This document shows, in pieces, positions 8,596-18,772 of a stretch of 55,458 nucleotides of DNA. Positions within the stretch are counted from its first letter, which is position 1. Every line of letters starts with the position of its first letter. The DNA comes from a virus (taxonomy: Duplodnaviria; Caudoviricetes). The stretch covers positions 1 through 55,458 of IMG/VR virus record IMGVR_UViG_3300044580_000222. One strand, written 5' to 3'. The translations under genes were made by a program, and so were the position numbers. The notes beneath the pieces were generated by a model, which worked only from the letters and a program-made list of their open reading frames with translations, searched no databases and was not told the origin of the DNA.

Positions 8596-9123
8596 CTTGG
8601 TTGCCCCGGTCTGGTTCATATACTTACTTCCTTTTCTGTTACCATACGGAGAATGGCACATATACGTTCGATGGAATACCAATTGACCGATAGCCATACC
8701 AGGAGTTAATACAAACGGTCTTGGAAGGTTGTTCACAATCTCAAGCGTAATCGACCCCTCAAACCCTGCATCTATCCACCCACCGGTCATATGTATCTCC
8801 TGAAACATCCGGGCAAGAGACGACTTCCCTTCAATTGCAGCCACTATTCCCCGGTTCAGTTTGATTGTTTCAACTGTTTCAGCGAGAATGCATTCTCCCG
8901 GTGCTATTGTGATTGGAACCTGTGAATTGAATGCATCACCATATGATTCAACATCGGTTTTATCGAACGGGTTAAGAGGCTCATGACATTCTGGGAACCT
9001 GACAAATGATGTACCAAGTCTCACATCATAGGAGTTAGGGTTTATCTGAGAAGAACAGAACGGGGATATGGATATCTCACCATTATAAAAAGCATGAGAT
9101 ATCTGCCAGTCAACGAGAATCAT
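8566..9123 (-). CDS. dcd: dCTP deaminase
   Basis: INPNSYDVRLG, EGKSSLAR, GWIDAGFEGSITLEI, IGQL, SKYMNQ motifs. Confidence 0.93.
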   Translation of the reverse strand: MILVDWQISHAFYNGEISISPFCSSQINPNSYDVRLGTSFVRFPECHEPLNPFDKTDVESYGDAFNSQVPITIAPGECILAETVETIKLNRGIVAAIEGKSSLARMFQEIHMTGGWIDAGFEGSITLEIVNNLPRPFVLTPGMAIGQLVFHRTYMCHSPYGNRKGSKYMNQTGATKSRYHLNKPG

Positions 9124-9275
9124 TTCTGCATGTATACCTTATTCGGGCACCCTTCAGCATCTTCGTCCCATGCCGGTTCTATCCATTCCTGCCGACTCTC
9201 CATATTGATTGGAGCATGGAACCGGAAACAGGATTCACGTATCGGGCATTCATGACCTGAACACTTTGTAATCAT
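9120..9275 (-). CDS. small Cys-containing protein (MITKCSGHECPIRESCFRF...)
   Basis: 51 aa; overlaps both neighbours; C-x4-CP-x4-C motif. Confidence 0.55.
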   Translation of the reverse strand: MITKCSGHECPIRESCFRFHAPINMESRQEWIEPAWDEDAEGCPNKVYMQK

Positions 9276-9496
9276 CATATCCTCCCGGTAATCAGGAATT
9301 TTAGTCGGTTAAAGAACCCTGCATACCGGTATCGGTTCAGGTTATGGCACAATTCAAGATTTATGCGGTTCAATATTTCGATACTTCCTTGTAATCGTTT
9401 CAGAGTTTCAACCCGGTTGTCATGTTCTGCCGGGGTGATATGATATCCAGATTCATTCTCAATCCACTTGCCTTTATCAAAATATCCGTTACTCAT
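9275..9496 (-). CDS. hypothetical protein
   Basis: Coupled ORF with GGAG RBS. Confidence 0.55.
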   Translation of the reverse strand: MSNGYFDKGKWIENESGYHITPAEHDNRVETLKRLQGSIEILNRINLELCHNLNRYRYAGFFNRLKFLITGRI

Positions 9497-9672
9497 GTAT
9501 TATTCTCCTGTTCCTGCATCATCAGTTCAATCCTGGCAGGGTCAGCCAGATATAACCGTAACAACCGGGCATAAAAAAGACTCATTTTATAACCCTTTGT
9601 CTTACAAATCTCCTTGAATTGTGTTTTCAATTCATGTTCCAACGGAACGCCGAGGCACACTGACGGACTCAT
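9493..9672 (-). CDS. small ribbon-helix-helix (CopG-like) protein (MSPSVCLGVPLEHELKTQFKEICKTKGYKMSLFYARLLRLYL...)
   Basis: 59 aa, below the track cut-off; strand-helix-G-helix RHH pattern; ATGA overlap with the next gene. Confidence 0.55.
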   Translation of the reverse strand: MSPSVCLGVPLEHELKTQFKEICKTKGYKMSLFYARLLRLYLADPARIELMMQEQENNT

Positions 9673-9754
9673 GTCAGCACTAGAATTGTTTTACAAAAAA
9701 TATAAAAGAACCGGATAACACAATAAAACAGAATGAAATTATGGAAAAATAGAA

Positions 9755-10099
9755 TTATTCCGATGTTTCGCGCACGGTGGATTCGCTCAATTTCTTAATT
9801 AAATGCTTAGCTGATGGGTTTTTCTTCAGAAACTCATCTATCCGCTGAAACTCTTCCACCCCTTCAGGAGTAAGAGGAGATGCACACTCAATACAATATC
9901 GGGCGTTCGGGGGGTTTACGGTTGAACAGACCCGGCAATATTTCTCTTCCTGCCGTTCTACCCATTCAGATAATGCCTGAATTACAGTTGATGAAATATC
10001 CAATCCCCGTTTATCCCCAATCCTGACCGCGGCGTCAAACAGGTCACACGGAACCCGTGCCCCTAACTGCCTGGTCGGAACCCCCGCTGGTCTTGCCAT
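9755..10099 (-). CDS. RHH + zinc-ribbon regulator (putative lysogeny repressor)
   Basis: N-terminal RHH (LGARVP..LF....G..ISS.V..AL..W) plus CxxC...CxxC; divergent from the early operon. Confidence 0.75.
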   Translation of the reverse strand: MARPAGVPTRQLGARVPCDLFDAAVRIGDKRGLDISSTVIQALSEWVERQEEKYCRVCSTVNPPNARYCIECASPLTPEGVEEFQRIDEFLKKNPSAKHLIKKLSESTVRETSE

Positions 10100-10230
10100 G
10101 TTATTTATGAACGTTATATATGGTTATATATTTTTTGTTTATTTTTGCGTATATTTGTTGTCGAATAACATTTAACAAAATTTATATACTATTCTGTATA
10201 ACATATGTATAACACCTGTTAAACAAGGTG
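10100..10230. promoter_or_regulatory. divergent promoter/genetic switch with operator-like repeats
   Basis: AT-rich with TATA boxes on both strands; TGTATAACA (10195), TGTATAACA (10206), TGTTAAACA (10217) at 11-bp period; GTTATATAT x2 near 10113 and 10123. Confidence 0.65.
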
Positions 10231-10243
10231 GTGAGAAACCTGA

Positions 10244-10414
10244 ATGACCGACACGAAATTGATAGGATTCCGGGCAACGCCGGAGATGGAATTGATGTTA
10301 GAACAATTACGGAAGAGGACTGGTTGCAAGGATACCAGCGAAACAATCAGAACAGTCATAAGGGCTTATGCCTTGCAAGCCCCTGTGAAGGTGTCAGCCC
10401 GATTTCGGTTGTAA
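10244..10414 (+). CDS. small RHH protein (Cro analogue; MTDTKLIGFRATPEMELMLEQLRKRTGCKDTSETIRTVIRAYA...)
   Basis: 56 aa, not in the track; classic RHH pattern (IGFR strand, helix, G..D.SE.IR helix); GGTGGTGA RBS. Confidence 0.7.
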   Translation: MTDTKLIGFRATPEMELMLEQLRKRTGCKDTSETIRTVIRAYALQAPVKVSARFRL

Positions 10415-10729
10415 AGTATTTGGAACATCAAAAATGGAAACAATGGAGAATGATAAGATGAAGAATGAGAGAGAAACCCGGTCAGGAACCGCCAAGAACC
10501 AGAACCGGGAACAGAACACTATTATATCTGCACAGAATGGGATAAGCGTTTCGGAGACTGCAAAAGCAATGCTCCGAGAGATGGACAAGAACACCCCAAG
10601 CAACGAACTGATTTTACGGGGATGGTCCTGATGCAGGTTCCATCGAACGAACTGCCAGACCTTTCAGCTCAGTACGGGGCTGAAACGATGGAGATTCTTA
10701 TCTCTGTTGGATTAATTGAGGTGGTCTGA

Positions 10730-11107
10730 ATGTCCACGATCGAAGAGTTCGTCCGGCAGGCATTTATCCGGGCGAAAGAGCAGGGATGCGAAGGGTATGC
10801 ATACGTCACCGGGGCTTTACAGTACCGATATGACGAACTGGAAAAGGAAAACCAGAAACTTCGGGATGAACTGAACAAAGGCACCGGGAACAAAATTCTC
10901 GATGCCATCATCAGAGATACCAAGTTCACAGACCTGGAAGAAAAATCTGACCGGGACTCTCTGGTTGATGCACTCCGTGAATACATCAGGCAACTCGAAA
11001 AACTTGAGTATGAACCGGAGATGACCGAGGATGATTATTATGAATCCTACTGCGATGAAGCATATCACCAGTGGAGAGACGACCAGTTAATTCAGGAGGA
11101 GGCATAA
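10730..11107 (+). CDS. hypothetical coiled-coil protein with acidic tail
   Basis: GAGGTGG RBS; coupled to the next gene. Confidence 0.6.
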   Translation: MSTIEEFVRQAFIRAKEQGCEGYAYVTGALQYRYDELEKENQKLRDELNKGTGNKILDAIIRDTKFTDLEEKSDRDSLVDALREYIRQLEKLEYEPEMTEDDYYESYCDEAYHQWRDDQLIQEEA

Positions 11108-11676
11108 TGGCTTCCTCTGTATTATCTGATTTCAGACCGGCACTCGATATGCTCCGGTCAGGTCAATACAAAGCCCTTGCAGACAACCATCTTCAGGAAA
11201 TCTTTCTCTCATTTGAACAGGATAAGCGGTTCATCCATCTGTTTGACGATGCAAAGTCAGAACTCAATGAGATGGATAATTCCCTTTTGGATGCAGAAAA
11301 ACAACTGGAAGCCGTTCAGACACTTCAGGGAATCATTGACCAGTTATCTGCATTGAAACGGGACATCATGGTCAGACACGACACAACCATAGAAGACCAT
11401 GTTTCCCGGGGAATAACAGAAAAGGATGGATTCAGAATTGAACCAACCTTCGGAAACCGGGAGATTGATGTTCTCAAGGTCAAACGGCAGAAGGAATGGA
11501 ACTCGTTTCTGGAGATGCGAAAAGAGAACCTTGAAAACGAAATCCGATTGAACCAGTCTGACCTGAAAACCATGTTCCGGAAACAGTTTGAGGAATTCCT
11601 GAAACCCGGAAAAATCAATGGGTATAAACTGGTCCCGGCAATAATGCCAGAGAAAGGGGGTGATGTGGAATGCTAG
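11107..11676 (+). CDS. hypothetical coiled-coil early protein
   Basis: GGAGG RBS; TAATG overlap. Confidence 0.6.
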   Translation: MASSVLSDFRPALDMLRSGQYKALADNHLQEIFLSFEQDKRFIHLFDDAKSELNEMDNSLLDAEKQLEAVQTLQGIIDQLSALKRDIMVRHDTTIEDHVSRGITEKDGFRIEPTFGNREIDVLKVKRQKEWNSFLEMRKENLENEIRLNQSDLKTMFRKQFEEFLKPGKINGYKLVPAIMPEKGGDVEC

Positions 11677-11942
11677 TTCCAATCACGTATCAGGACTCCC
11701 TGGTTATAGACGACATATACAGGATTGAATCTGTTGATGTCATCACCCTGGGAATGAGTAAAAGACCAGTCCCAGTTTTTGCAATGGGAAAAGAGATTGG
11801 AACCGCCACAAACAAAGGTCGATTAATTCATTTCTCTGTTGCCGGGTTCAACATCGTGGCACCATCAAAATATCTCATCCCGCTCATCACAAACGAAATC
11901 GGAAGCATTAATGCACAAATCATACCGGAAGGGGTGAACTAA
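11670..11942 (+). CDS. hypothetical protein
   Basis: GGGGTGA RBS; coupled. Confidence 0.6.
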   Translation: MLVPITYQDSLVIDDIYRIESVDVITLGMSKRPVPVFAMGKEIGTATNKGRLIHFSVAGFNIVAPSKYLIPLITNEIGSINAQIIPEGVN

Positions 11943-12320
11943 ATGGAACTTGAAACCTTCGGAGAGTTCAGGAAGGGAACCAGGGGATACTATTTTCATA
12001 TGTATGGTATGGGGATGTATTACCTGGATGACGCCGACCTCTGCCAGCTCCGAAACTCCCTGAAACAGAACCACGTCTGCCGGGAACCATATTCAGTATA
12101 CGATGAAAAGACTGAATCCTGTGTTGGAACATTATACCCGGCAAACGACCCGGATATTGCCCGATATAACATCAGCATTGATGGAACCACCTATTCTATC
12201 CGGTCAATACATCTCCTGAATGTTATCACCGGAAACCAGAATGCAGGAGAGATAAAGGGATACAAACCACCTGAACTTGAACCCGGCCAGATGACCTTGT
12301 TCAGTGGGGTGACAGCATGA
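11943..12320 (+). CDS. hypothetical protein with C-terminal QMTLF motif (possible PCNA-interacting motif)
   Basis: GGGGTGA RBS; ends GQMTLFSGVTA. Confidence 0.55.
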   Translation: MELETFGEFRKGTRGYYFHMYGMGMYYLDDADLCQLRNSLKQNHVCREPYSVYDEKTESCVGTLYPANDPDIARYNISIDGTTYSIRSIHLLNVITGNQNAGEIKGYKPPELEPGQMTLFSGVTA

Positions 12321-13105
12321 CCGAAATACTGAACCAGACAACCGGGTCACAGGGAAAACCGGAAGCCGTGACCATCTCATCAGTCCTGAAAGAGACGAAT
12401 GAGATTGTTTTAAAGTGGGCTGATGGGTTCATGGCAAAATATCCCCTGAACTTTGAACTGAAATTCCAACCCGCCCACGGTCAGTTATGTACCGGTCATT
12501 TTATCGGGTCCAGACTTATCGGGCTTGAGCTTGAGAAAGAACCTGCACCAGCAAAACCTGTTACACCAGTCCAGAACCCTATCAAACAACCTGAACAAGT
12601 AAAAGAACCGGTGAAGCAGGAACCCGTAAAACCAACCGGGAAAGACTGGCAGAGGTCAGGGAAGATAATTAAGATTGGTTGTGTTGGGGATGAAACCACC
12701 GTCAAACTGTCTTGGAAGGATTACAAGACAAAAGAACTGAAAGAGACCGGTATCATCCTGCCACCGAACTTGAAACAGAAAGCATCAGAATTCCGTGATG
12801 GGGATTGGGTAACAATTCACATCACCGGAAATACTCCGGTTGATATCGTTCGGAAGACCTTTGACAATACCAAGGGACCCGGACAGGTTGTTATTCCGCC
12901 CCAGAAACCCACGATAACTATCGGAGGCACAATCAACCTTCAGAACTATGAGAATATCAGGATAGAGATATCTGGAACATTCGAGAACCAGGATGATATC
13001 ACCCGGTATGTTCAAACCCTGAAAGAGACTGCCTTATCATTTGGAAAGGATGAAATCACACAGGGATATGTGAAAAACTATATAAAAAGAGTTTTTGGAG
13101 AGTGA
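12317..13105 (+). CDS. hypothetical multi-domain early protein with Pro/Lys/Glu linker
   Basis: Coupled ORF of 262 aa; EPVKQEPVKP linker. Confidence 0.6.
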   Translation: MTEILNQTTGSQGKPEAVTISSVLKETNEIVLKWADGFMAKYPLNFELKFQPAHGQLCTGHFIGSRLIGLELEKEPAPAKPVTPVQNPIKQPEQVKEPVKQEPVKPTGKDWQRSGKIIKIGCVGDETTVKLSWKDYKTKELKETGIILPPNLKQKASEFRDGDWVTIHITGNTPVDIVRKTFDNTKGPGQVVIPPQKPTITIGGTINLQNYENIRIEISGTFENQDDITRYVQTLKETALSFGKDEITQGYVKNYIKRVFGE

Positions 13106-13593
13106 AAATGATGTATCATTCATTTTTTTATGATGATTTGAAATTATTCCGGGTTCTAAACCACATTCTTACAAAAGATGAATTTGGAAGATTAAGGAAA
13201 GCACAATACAATTCATTCCACGAAACTCTGAAATTGGATAAAGAAACGTCGGTCAAGTTAAGCCATGCAGGAGAACCATTAATCTGTATTGCTGAAATGA
13301 TGTATCCAGACCGATTTAAAATTAAATCTGAAGATACATCACCAATAGGAAAGAACTCTTATCAATACATCCAATGGGTCGGAATAGTAAAATACAGAGA
13401 TGGAAACGCTTGTAAAAAATGCAAATCTACAAAAAACTTACAAGCACATCACATAAAACCAGTATCAAAATATCCAGACCTTATAATTGATATTGATAAT
13501 GGAATAACATTATGTGAATCCTGTCATAAAGAATTCCATTCGAGATATGGCGATGCCGATGGAATTGTATTAAAAGATTTTTTGAAGGAGTGA
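13102..13593 (+). CDS. HNH endonuclease
   Basis: RDGNACKKC...LQAHHI...NGITLCESCHKEFH; AT-richer than its neighbours. Confidence 0.9.
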   Translation: MKMMYHSFFYDDLKLFRVLNHILTKDEFGRLRKAQYNSFHETLKLDKETSVKLSHAGEPLICIAEMMYPDRFKIKSEDTSPIGKNSYQYIQWVGIVKYRDGNACKKCKSTKNLQAHHIKPVSKYPDLIIDIDNGITLCESCHKEFHSRYGDADGIVLKDFLKE

Positions 13594-13618
13594 ATTTGAT
13601 GATGAATCAATTCATTCT

Positions 13619-13740
13619 TTCAAGCATATGTACGCTTCAAAAAATATCTGATTTTATTGTAAGATATTCAAGCATATGTACATATGTATGTACTGTACAT
13701 ACGCTTGAACGTTTAGCTAATAATAATAATAATAATAATA
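13619..13740. promoter_or_regulatory. candidate replication origin: TTCAAGCATATGTAC repeats, 16-11-16 palindrome and (TAA)n tract
   Basis: 13667-13709 TTCAAGCATATGTACA-TATGTATGTAC-TGTACATACGCTTGAA (15 of 16 arm match); extra half-site at 13619; (TAA)7 at 13718-13740; directly upstream of the gene pair ending in MCM. Confidence 0.55.
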
Positions 13741-13765
13741 GAGTCTTCTTCAGGGGGTATCAATA

Positions 13766-14299
13766 ATGGCATATCCCCGGAAATATGTCAATCGGTTTAC
13801 AACCGCTATCAATATCGAACGGAAAAAGAAAGACCTTCTTGATTTATTGAATATCGAATTGACCCATGCAGCAAACATTGGAGCCGATTCACTCATAAAT
13901 CATGCTATTAAAACCCGGTCTTACGTATCCACCGAGGCATTACAACTTTTTAAAGACCTTCAGGATATGGAATGCTCTGATACTAAAGAATACATCCGGC
14001 AACAAAAAGAACTGGAAGATTATCTTTCAAAGGTTCAGATTGAGGTTGAAAATGAAGTGCCATCAGAACCAGATACACTATTCAAGTTTTTCAACGTAAA
14101 CATCCGCCAGGTTCTTGGAGAACAGACGTTCCAGACCCTGTTCAAAGCAATTTTTGCAGACCCGTCACGGGAACGGGATTATATCACACAAATGCTTGTA
14201 GCCGCAGGGAAACGGAACGGAGGAAAGACCGATGCAAATTCTCATGACCTAAACCTGGTATACAACTGGCTTATAGAAATTCAGCGGGGGAATGAATGA
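13766..14299 (+). CDS. putative DNA-binding replication protein/helicase partner
   Basis: Lies between the origin-like repeats and MCM; RHH-like N-terminus (FTTAINIERKKKDLL). Confidence 0.45.
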   Translation: MAYPRKYVNRFTTAINIERKKKDLLDLLNIELTHAANIGADSLINHAIKTRSYVSTEALQLFKDLQDMECSDTKEYIRQQKELEDYLSKVQIEVENEVPSEPDTLFKFFNVNIRQVLGEQTFQTLFKAIFADPSRERDYITQMLVAAGKRNGGKTDANSHDLNLVYNWLIEIQRGNE

Positions 14300-16446
14300 A
14301 CCTTGCAGAAGCCTGTAATGTTCCCCTGGATTCAGATGTCAAAATAGTTGACCGGATGGATGACTGGAAACAGGTTCTTTCCCGTGACCCGTTCAAATCC
14401 CTCATATCAACACTGAAACGGAAATACCCGAAAGAGATATCCCTGACTTTGGATTATCGGGATATCCAGTCAGCAGGGAAACTCGGAACTGAACTGGCAG
14501 ATGAAATACTGGAAAAACCTCTGAAAGTTGTTCAGGATATTCAGGATACGCTCTGGCATAACCGGATGATTATCATTGAAGGGAATTTCCATGTTAATGT
14601 CCGGTTCACACACCTGCCAAGGAAAACCCCGGTCAGGGATATCAGAGCAGACGACATCGGGAAACTGATATCAGTGGAAGGTATCATCAGGAAAGCCTCT
14701 GAAGTCAGACCACGGTTGACCCTGGCAGTATTCAGATGTAAAGCCGGACATAGGAACGTCAAGGCACAGGGGTTCGGTCCGATGGTGGAACCTGATGGAT
14801 GTCAGGCTGATGGATGTAACAACAAGAAATTTGAACTCCTGCCACCACCACATTCAAAATTCATTGACTCACAGCGGTTGAAACTTCAGGAACTGCCGGA
14901 AGGGTTACGGGGAGGAGAACAACCGGAGTCTATTGATATTGATGTTCTGGATGATATCTGTGCAACCGCAACACCGGGAACCAGGGTGGTCCTGAATGGT
15001 ATCGTCAAACAATTCCAGAGACGTTCACAGGGTCAGTTATCCACCACTTTTGATATTTACATAGAATGCAATTCCATAGAGTTTGCGGAAACTGACTTCG
15101 ATGATATTGAAATCAGGGAAGAGGATGAAGAGGATATCAAAACCCTTGCAGCACTACCCTGGCAATTGAACCCTGATACCAACATACCCGAACCCGGAGT
15201 ATTCAGCAAGATAGCACAGTCAATAGCCCCGTCAATTTTTGGAATTACGAACGTGAAACGGGCAATAGCACTTCAGATGTTTTCAGGTATTCCGAAAGAA
15301 CTTCCAGATGGAACCCGGATTCGTGGGGATGTTCATATCCTGATGATTGGTGACCCTGGAATTGCGAAATCCCAGCTCATCAGATACGTCACAAAACTGG
15401 TGCCCCGGAGTATGTATGCATCAGGGAAGTCAGCAAGTGCAGCCGGGTTAACAGCATCAGCCGTGAAGGATGAATTTGATGGACGGTGGACCCTTGAAGC
15501 CGGTGCCTTTGTCATGGCAGACAAGGGGATTATGGGACTTGATGAAATTGAAAAATGCGATAAAGCCGCACAATCATCAATCCACGAGGCTATGGAACAG
15601 CAGTCAATCTCGGTTGCAAAAGCCGGGATAACTGCTTCTCTTCAATGCCGATGTTCTGTTCTTGCAGCCGGGAACCCGGCACAGGGCCGGTTTGACGATT
15701 ATACCGGACTTGCAGAACAGTTCAACATGCCACCATCACTCCTATCCCGGTTTGATATCATCTTTCTCATGAGCGATAAACCGGAGACGACCAGAGATGA
15801 GATGCTTGCATGGCATATCCTGAACACTCATCAATACGGGGAAGAGCTGGTCCTTGCCCGGAAGGAAAAGCGGGTTGCGAATGATACCTATGAAGGCATT
15901 ATTCCGGGTATTCCCCCGGTCTTACTTCGTAAATACATCGCATATGCAAAAGCGAACGTATACCCGAAAATGACCAGGGAAGCCATGCAGAAACTGAACA
16001 ACTATTTTACCAGTATCAGAAGTCTGGCAGACACATCAGATAAACCGGTACCGGTCACAGCACGGGCAATAGAAGCATTAATCAGACTGGCAGAAGCAGC
16101 AGCCCGGATGGAACTGTCTCCGGTGGTCACAGAGGACCATGCATCCGTGGTCATTCAGATAGTGGATGAATCCTTGAAACAGGTTGCATATGACCCGAAA
16201 ACCGGAACGTTCGACATTGACCGGGTAGTCTCGGATAAACCGAAATCACAACGGGATATGATACGGGCAATAGAAAAGCGGTTCGATGACCTGAAAAATG
16301 ATAATGGACTGGTATCAGAGCACGACCTGATAACGTCCCTTGCAGATGACGGTCATTCAAGACTTGATATCATAAACCAGGTGGATAAAATGAAACGGGA
16401 ATGCGTATACACGGAGAAAAAAGGCGGATATCTGAAGAGGTTATAA
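14296..16446 (+). CDS. mcm: MCM replicative helicase
   Basis: Walker A GDPGIAKSQL, Walker B GLDEIEK, HEAMEQQ, SRFD arginine finger, Zn finger, C-terminal wHTH; no intein. Confidence 0.97.
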   Translation: MNLAEACNVPLDSDVKIVDRMDDWKQVLSRDPFKSLISTLKRKYPKEISLTLDYRDIQSAGKLGTELADEILEKPLKVVQDIQDTLWHNRMIIIEGNFHVNVRFTHLPRKTPVRDIRADDIGKLISVEGIIRKASEVRPRLTLAVFRCKAGHRNVKAQGFGPMVEPDGCQADGCNNKKFELLPPPHSKFIDSQRLKLQELPEGLRGGEQPESIDIDVLDDICATATPGTRVVLNGIVKQFQRRSQGQLSTTFDIYIECNSIEFAETDFDDIEIREEDEEDIKTLAALPWQLNPDTNIPEPGVFSKIAQSIAPSIFGITNVKRAIALQMFSGIPKELPDGTRIRGDVHILMIGDPGIAKSQLIRYVTKLVPRSMYASGKSASAAGLTASAVKDEFDGRWTLEAGAFVMADKGIMGLDEIEKCDKAAQSSIHEAMEQQSISVAKAGITASLQCRCSVLAAGNPAQGRFDDYTGLAEQFNMPPSLLSRFDIIFLMSDKPETTRDEMLAWHILNTHQYGEELVLARKEKRVANDTYEGIIPGIPPVLLRKYIAYAKANVYPKMTREAMQKLNNYFTSIRSLADTSDKPVPVTARAIEALIRLAEAAARMELSPVVTEDHASVVIQIVDESLKQVAYDPKTGTFDIDRVVSDKPKSQRDMIRAIEKRFDDLKNDNGLVSEHDLITSLADDGHSRLDIINQVDKMKRECVYTEKKGGYLKRL

Positions 16447-16447
16447 A

Positions 16448-16840
16448 ATGGCACGGAAAGAAAAAATTTACCCAATAAATTTTCACATGGTTGGATTGCG
16501 GGTTCGGGAAACCGAAATCCTGATAGATATATACCGGAATTGCGGCGGTGAAATATTTATATCGGATTTTGTGAAAACATTCGCCCCGGACTTCAAACCG
16601 CAGAAATACAAAATAACCAAGTATATTGAACTGGTTGATTCCCGATACATCCACGGCAGACGGATATCCAAATGGAAACTTTCGGATAAAGCATACAAAC
16701 GGCTATTACAGCATATCGGAGACCCCGACGCGGAAATGGTTCGACAGTCAGTCGAATATGCAGAAAACATCACTGAAAAACAGAGAATCCATAAAAACGA
16801 GTATCTGAAGGAATACAGGAAAAGAGAGGTTGCAGCATGA
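16448..16840 (+). CDS. hypothetical protein (possible winged helix)
   Basis: Coupled, basic ORF. Confidence 0.55.
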   Translation: MARKEKIYPINFHMVGLRVRETEILIDIYRNCGGEIFISDFVKTFAPDFKPQKYKITKYIELVDSRYIHGRRISKWKLSDKAYKRLLQHIGDPDAEMVRQSVEYAENITEKQRIHKNEYLKEYRKREVAA

Positions 16841-17133
16841 GCGAATCTTCTGGATGCAAATTTAATATTTCGTGGGTTGGGGTCTGTAATTCAAACCCTG
16901 TTGATAATACCGAATATTGTGAAAAACACCTTGGGATGAAGTGCTGCTCATGTGGAGAACAGGCCCCCCATGACTGTTATGAAACAATGAACGGGTTTGT
17001 ATGTGGTGCTCCGTTGTGTGATAACTGCGAACACGAAATTAATGAAAATGGCACTAACGGGGGAAATTTTAAACATTGTAGGAAAGATGCACAAAAATTC
17101 AAGCCTTGGTATGAGAGGGAGGAAAAGCAATGA
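16837..17133 (+). CDS. Cys/His-rich zinc-finger protein
   Basis: Multiple Cys pairs (CCSC, CGAPLCDNCEH). Confidence 0.65.
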   Translation: MSESSGCKFNISWVGVCNSNPVDNTEYCEKHLGMKCCSCGEQAPHDCYETMNGFVCGAPLCDNCEHEINENGTNGGNFKHCRKDAQKFKPWYEREEKQ

Positions 17134-17351
17134 GCGAAATAATGAGAGAAACCAACACTGAACCGTCAACGAAGATAGGAATCTATGACTCCCGATATGT
17201 CAGGGAGATAATCGCCAGCATCCCAGACGGGGAACGAATCGAACTTGGAATGGAACGGCACCCGGAAGGTGGAGGAATCCTGTTCATCAGGTCATATGAA
17301 CACGATAAAGAGACGTGGACACAACTTGCCCCGCTGGTGGTCGTAGAATGA
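17130..17351 (+). CDS. hypothetical protein
   Basis: ATGA-coupled ORF. Confidence 0.5.
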   Translation: MSEIMRETNTEPSTKIGIYDSRYVREIIASIPDGERIELGMERHPEGGGILFIRSYEHDKETWTQLAPLVVVE

Positions 17352-17535
17352 ACCCGGAACAGGAATGCAGAGAGATATTGACCAAATATCTTTCTCAGAT
17401 AGATGTCAATTCCATCAGCACGAAAACAGATGTGAAAATGGTTGTGAACAACCTTCGGAACCTGCAATACGCTCTGATAGCAGTATCATGGAAAGAAGAG
17501 AGTAATAAAATCCTTCAGAAACTTGGGGGGAGAAC

Positions 17536-17760
17536 ATGAGCATTCCGGTTCTCATCACCACGCCCAATTTTTCAAAAACCGTGGAACTGACACCAAAAGC
17601 AATGACAGCGGTGATGAATATCCTGCATTCAGGAGCAGAACGGAGAAGCGGGTATTCCCTGAAATATTCCATCGGGATATCAGAATTCCAGATAAACAAT
17701 GCACCACCAAAAGCCGTGGATTACATAGTAAAAGTCTATCAGGAGGGGTTTTTCAATTGA
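17536..17760 (+). CDS. hypothetical protein
   Basis: GGGGGAG RBS; coupled. Confidence 0.5.
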   Translation: MSIPVLITTPNFSKTVELTPKAMTAVMNILHSGAERRSGYSLKYSIGISEFQINNAPPKAVDYIVKVYQEGFFN

Positions 17761-18253
17761 ACCAGGTCAACCGGGAAATCCTTGTTGATATCCTGCATAA
17801 CCGGGGAACCACACCGCATCAGGTGAAATACAGACTCAAAAACCACCCGGCACCCGTGGTTAAAACCCATATCGGAATACTGTTGAAATCTGGTCATATT
17901 CGGATAAGAGGAGATTCGTTTCTGGATATCACAGCAACAGGAATGAAATACCTGTTACCAAGGAACCGATGACCTGTGAAAACTGTGAACACCTTGGAAA
18001 ATATCAGAACCTTCCGGTCAGATGGTGCGAATATTTCCAACCGGGGGTTCTGAACCTGAATTATCCGAACACGATACCAGGATGTCCGAAACACGGAGAG
18101 AAGCGGGAAGAAACCGCCTGGGATATTGCATGGTAGTTGTTCAGTGCATGTATCAGAAACGGTTCAGGGGAAAGCCGGTCTGTTCAGAGATGATACATCA
18201 CCGCGATTGTGCGTATCCTGGGTATGAATGCGACGTGAAAAAGGAGATGGAGA

Positions 18254-18772
18254 ATGGCGAGAAAAAAATATCATAATATTAAAACTGAAGTGAACGGGAA
18301 GATATTTGATTCAAGGGCTGAATCAAGACGGTATGAACAGTTGCTGGCAATGGAGCGGGCACACCTTATATCAAACCTCATATGTCAGCCGAAATTCCCA
18401 CTCGAAAAAGCGTTTAAGAAATGCCCAAAATGTAGAATTGAAATTCAGAAAACGAAACGAGGGCAGGCGAAAATATGCCCGGTATGTGGTTCTCAATTAC
18501 TGGTATTCCAAGCCCGGCACTATATAGCAGATTTTCAATATCTGGATAAAGACGGGAATCTGGTAATCGAAGATGTGAAGGGATTTAACCTTGGGAAAAC
18601 CCATTCTCATGGCACAATGACGCCTTTTTTTAGGTATAAGTGGCAGAGATTTGAAGAATTGTATCCAGAACTCACCCTGACCATTGTAGCAATGCCACCT
18701 GAACCAAAGAAACCGAAGAAGAAGGCAGCATACATAGTTCAGTCTGAAGCAATACGGAGAGTAAAGGCATGA
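18254..18772 (+). CDS. DUF1064-like PD-(D/E)XK endonuclease (putative resolvase) with inserted Zn ribbon
   Basis: KYHN.KTEVNG..FDS..E..RY, YIADFQY, VIEDVKG; CxxC...CxxC insert. Confidence 0.85.
   Translation: MARKKYHNIKTEVNGKIFDSRAESRRYEQLLAMERAHLISNLICQPKFPLEKAFKKCPKCRIEIQKTKRGQAKICPVCGSQLLVFQARHYIADFQYLDKDGNLVIEDVKGFNLGKTHSHGTMTPFFRYKWQRFEELYPELTLTIVAMPPEPKKPKKKAAYIVQSEAIRRVKA

Noticed and set aside
10228-10461. Track ORF of 77 aa
   Set aside because: Shadow of the better-supported RHH ORF 10244-10414 in another frame.
14296-16446. Intein in MCM (or TerL)
   Set aside because: Lengths and motif spacing are normal; no splice-junction or LAGLIDADG motifs seen.
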